Below, in pieces: positions 60,956-64,000 of a DNA stretch of 64,000 nucleotides. Position numbers and translations under genes: made by a program. The stretch is from Bacillus subtilis subsp. subtilis str. 168 (GTDB taxonomy: Bacteria; Bacillota; Bacilli; Bacillales; Bacillaceae). The DNA lies in assembly GCF_000009045.1 (NCBI RefSeq), contig NC_000964.3, forward strand, positions 1,984,001 to 2,048,000, read 5' to 3'. The notes under the pieces were generated by a model. It was not told where the DNA came from, ran no database searches, and saw nothing but the letters and a program-made list of their open reading frames with translations. Within the stretch, counting starts at the first letter, position 1; the number at the start of each line of letters is the position of its first letter.

Positions 60956-61828
60956 TCAGATTACAACTGCTTTCAACACTTTGACAAACTCATGCGCCGC
61001 CGGCGTTATCTCTTCAAATGAATGTGCGATGACGCCAATATCGCGTGTGACCCTAGGAAAGATGTCCTTTTTAATCAATTGATGCGGGACGGATGAAAGT
61101 GTAAAGTTTGAAATGATGCCGATACCCAAGTTATTTTTGACCATATTAATCAAGGTTTCGGCATTTTGCACAGTTAAGTTTTCCTTTAATTCGATGTTGT
61201 ATTGCGAAAATGCGTTTGACATCGCGATTTCATGACCGCCTTTACAAAAAATGAGGTCATCTTGATATGTTTCAAGGTCGACATGCTTTTCAAGTTTTAA
61301 TTCGTCACGCTGCGGCGGGATGACGGCCACCATATAGTCGTTACACAATAGCTGATTTTCAAACGGTTCAAATGGAGATGCTGCGATCCCGATATCAACC
61401 GTCCGATCTTCAACCCATCCTTTTATTTGGTCAGAGGTTCCTTCGATCAATTCTATGCGGATCAGCGGGTAGTTTGATCTGAATGCCGCAATCGCCTGTG
61501 GCATGATATTTGTTGAAACTGCAGGAAATGAACCAATTTTCACCTTCCCGTTTAACAGCTTGTTTTCCCGGTTGGCTACTTGATATATTTTGCTTTCAAT
61601 TCCCTTCATTTGCCTCGCCAGCAGCAATATTTCTTTTCCGATGTCAGTCAGCATTAAACCATGATGTTTATCCCTGATCAATAATTTGAGCTGCAGTGAG
61701 CTCTCCAGGTTTTTTATCGCTTTACTTACCGCCGGCTGAGAGATGAACAATTCTTTTGCCGCTTCTGTAATATTTAATTTCTCCCCAACTTTTACAAATA
61801 TGTGAAGATGGTTCATGTTCATAACCAT
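60956..61828 (-). CDS. yoaU: LysR family regulator
   Basis: NITEAAKELFISQPAVSKAIKNLE HTH; start placed at ATG 61828 (290 aa). Confidence 0.88.
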   Translation of the reverse strand: MVMNMNHLHIFVKVGEKLNITEAAKELFISQPAVSKAIKNLESSLQLKLLIRDKHHGLMLTDIGKEILLLARQMKGIESKIYQVANRENKLLNGKVKIGSFPAVSTNIMPQAIAAFRSNYPLIRIELIEGTSDQIKGWVEDRTVDIGIAASPFEPFENQLLCNDYMVAVIPPQRDELKLEKHVDLETYQDDLIFCKGGHEIAMSNAFSQYNIELKENLTVQNAETLINMVKNNLGIGIISNFTLSSVPHQLIKKDIFPRVTRDIGVIAHSFEEITPAAHEFVKVLKAVVI

Positions 61829-61928
61829 TTGGTTATACCCCCAATAATAAAAATGTATTTCAGTTATACATAAATGTAACATATGATAGAAACCAGCACG
61901 ATATTTTAACAAGAAAGGCGGCTTCATT

Positions 61929-62807
61929 ATGGTAAAAGTTATGCTGGGAATCATATCTGTCACACTTATTTGGGGTTATACTTGGGTTGCGATGAAAGTA
62001 GGAATTCATGACATCCCCCCGCTTTTATTTTCGGGTTTGCGCCTGTTCATCGGAGCAGTTCCTTTATTTCTCATTCTCTTCATCCAAAGAAAAAAGCTTT
62101 CAATTCAAAAAGAACATCTCAAAAGCTATATCATCATGAGCCTGTTGATGGGGCTGGGCTATATGGGGATTTTGACGTATGGAATGCAGTTTGTCGATTC
62201 AGGGAAAACCTCTGTTTTGGTATATACAATGCCTATATTTGTTACGGTGATCAGCCATTTTTCATTAAACGAGAAAATGAATGTGTATAAAACGATGGGA
62301 CTGGTCTGCGGCCTCTTCGGACTGTTATTTATATTTGGAAAGGAAATGCTCAATATCGATCAAAGCGCTTTATTTGGGGAGCTGTGCGTACTTGTGGCAG
62401 CGCTTAGCTGGGGAATCGCGAATGTGTTCAGCAAGCTACAATTCAAGCATATCGATATTATTCACATGAATGCCTGGCACCTTATGATGGGAGCCGTCAT
62501 GTTATTGGTGTTTTCCTTTATATTTGAGGCGGTCCCTTCAGCCGAGTGGACATATCAGGCGGTGTGGTCATTGCTGTTTAATGGCTTGCTTTCCACCGGC
62601 TTTACCTTTGTCGTATGGTTTTGGGTGCTCAATCAAATCCAAGCGTCAAAAGCATCCATGGCATTAATGTTTGTTCCCGTATTGGCCCTATTCTTTGGAT
62701 GGCTGCAATTGCACGAACAGATCACCATCAATATTATCCTCGGCGCACTGCTGATATGCTGCGGGATTTTTATGAATACATTTACATTTTCACGACGGAA
62801 AGTGTGA
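61929..62807 (+). CDS. yoaV: DMT/EamA family exporter
   Basis: 292 aa, 10 TM segments, two EamA repeats; divergent from yoaU. Confidence 0.88.
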   Translation: MVKVMLGIISVTLIWGYTWVAMKVGIHDIPPLLFSGLRLFIGAVPLFLILFIQRKKLSIQKEHLKSYIIMSLLMGLGYMGILTYGMQFVDSGKTSVLVYTMPIFVTVISHFSLNEKMNVYKTMGLVCGLFGLLFIFGKEMLNIDQSALFGELCVLVAALSWGIANVFSKLQFKHIDIIHMNAWHLMMGAVMLLVFSFIFEAVPSAEWTYQAVWSLLFNGLLSTGFTFVVWFWVLNQIQASKASMALMFVPVLALFFGWLQLHEQITINIILGALLICCGIFMNTFTFSRRKV

Positions 62808-62905
62808 ATGATATACATTTCCCCTGTCATTTGGGCTTCATGTGACAGGAGAAGACTATTACGAGAAAGTCTTCTAGAATCCTGACGACAGCCTATTAAA
62901 CAATG

Positions 62906-62940
62906 AAAAAAGCTAATGTCTGCATGTAGACATTAGCTTG
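62906..62940 (-). terminator. Terminator after yoaW
   Basis: AAGCTAATGTCT...AGACATTAGCTT stem with an A-run on the left. Confidence 0.75.
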
Positions 62941-62979
62941 GCTGGCGTTTAGGCTGGTGAGAATCCAGATACTTTTTTA

Positions 62980-63411
62980 TTACCATTCTGGCTGATCAAA
63001 CTGAAAACCGTATAGACCTTTTACTTTAACATCTCCGCAATCTGGATCTTTTGTCAAAATCAAATAATGAGTCTTATAAGGCATCGTCTCAACTCGATCA
63101 GTTGCACTAAAATCAAAATGATCCCCCGAGAAGTTTTTTTCACTAACGGTTATTTCATATCCTGACAAAGTCATTCGCATGATTCTTGCGTTAATTGTAC
63201 ATCCTTCAGTATCGAAAATGGTGAATCTGTACCCAAAGTGAGATGTCCAATGGTTTGAATTTAGGTCATCAGACTTCATAAACCATTTTTCATTCTCTGT
63301 CATTGTAAAACTCACTTTCTCCTCATCTTTCACGATAACGGCCGAAGCTTCCCCTACATGGATAGTCAAAGCCAAAAGAAATGTAAAAGCTAACATCAAC
63401 ATCTTTTTCAA
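62980..63411 (-). CDS. yoaW: Secreted hypothetical protein
   Basis: 143 aa; signal peptide ending ASA; two cysteines. Confidence 0.78.
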   Translation of the reverse strand: MKKMLMLAFTFLLALTIHVGEASAVIVKDEEKVSFTMTENEKWFMKSDDLNSNHWTSHFGYRFTIFDTEGCTINARIMRMTLSGYEITVSEKNFSGDHFDFSATDRVETMPYKTHYLILTKDPDCGDVKVKGLYGFQFDQPEW

Positions 63412-63674
63412 AAGAGTTCCTCCCGATATCTTTTACTTCAATATATTGGAAGGGTCTTTTCTGATCAAGACAGTCTTCTCCAAATGAATCTTTAGCACCA
63501 TGAAATGAGCCTTAATAAGAACAGTTTTAACCCAAATCAACCTCTATTCGAAATAAGGCTTACCAATCTATATTCTTTTTAAAAGTTTCTGCATTTCTTT
63601 ATTTAGCTCCTAGACACATATAAAAAATGCTCCTATAAGTTCAGGAGCACTACAAAAAACTGCTAAAGTGTTTT

Positions 63675-64000
63675 CTATCGATTTATTGTATTCATTAGCT
63701 CAAAGAAATATTCAGGCTTTTGAGTCTTATTTAGCTTATACCATGAACGCAATGTATCTGGTGCAAATACATCTAATTTTTTCAATACTTCTACCGCAAA
63801 TTCCAGAGGAGCAATTCCTGATGCAGTAACCAAATTTTCATCAGATACTGCAGGCCCCTTTTCATAGAATGTTTCTCCTTTGTAATTAGGGCAGACCATA
63901 TTCATATAGTCGAGGTCATTGCTTGTGTGCTTTCTCGAATTTAAGTATCCTTCATTCGCGAGGCCCAAGGTTGCCCCACAAATTGCAGCAATAGTCGTGC
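63675..64000 (-). CDS. yoaZ: DJ-1/PfpI family protein, 5'-truncated at window edge
   Basis: Frame is open to the window end and reads ...TIAAICGATLGLAN... (nucleophile-elbow Cys); LVTASG motif. Confidence 0.85.
   Translation of the reverse strand, partial: TTIAAICGATLGLANEGYLNSRKHTSNDLDYMNMVCPNYKGETFYEKGPAVSDENLVTASGIAPLEFAVEVLKKLDVFAPDTLRSWYKLNKTQKPEYFFELMNTINR

Noticed and set aside
61829-61963. 45-aa N-terminal extension of YoaU in the ORF track
   Set aside because: It overlaps the divergent yoaV start and promoter region. The LysR HTH begins near Met46, so the start was moved to 61828.

Overview
This is a Bacillus subtilis chromosome segment from the replication-terminus region. Gene order matches my recollection of strain 168 from ppsB to yoaZ; I could not run an alignment. 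From left to right it holds: plipastatin/fengycin NRPS genes ppsB (3'-truncated by the window edge) and ppsA; dacC, galM, yoeA and iseA; a tRNA-Arg(CCT) with the small tyrosine recombinase yoeC and the excisionase-like yoeD; ggt, yofA/yogA, gltBA/gltC and proJH; rtp with TerII/TerI; yoxD and the SigB-type yoxC-yoxB-yoaA operon; the SAM-I (S-box) controlled yoaDCB operon; then an accessory-like 'yoa' stretch (yoaE to yoaZ) including exlX, pelB, the SRAP gene yoaM, TerIII and oxdD. All recognisable genes look intact. I saw no CRISPR array, IS element or prophage structural genes. The most interesting unexplained signals are non-coding. (1) Two 32-bp inverted-repeat sites of identical architecture bracket a perfect TTGACA/TATAAT promoter of the 181-aa recombinase YoeC. 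(2) A 28-bp dif-like site with a perfect RipX/XerD arm lies 13 bp from TerIII, with a possible degenerate inverted partner flanking yozS. (3) An orphan intrinsic terminator between the divergent yoaR and yoaS suggests an sRNA. Protein-level leads are UDG-like motifs in YoxB, a sugar/AI-2-kinase-like pathway under a SAM riboswitch, and an unlisted 40-aa ORF.
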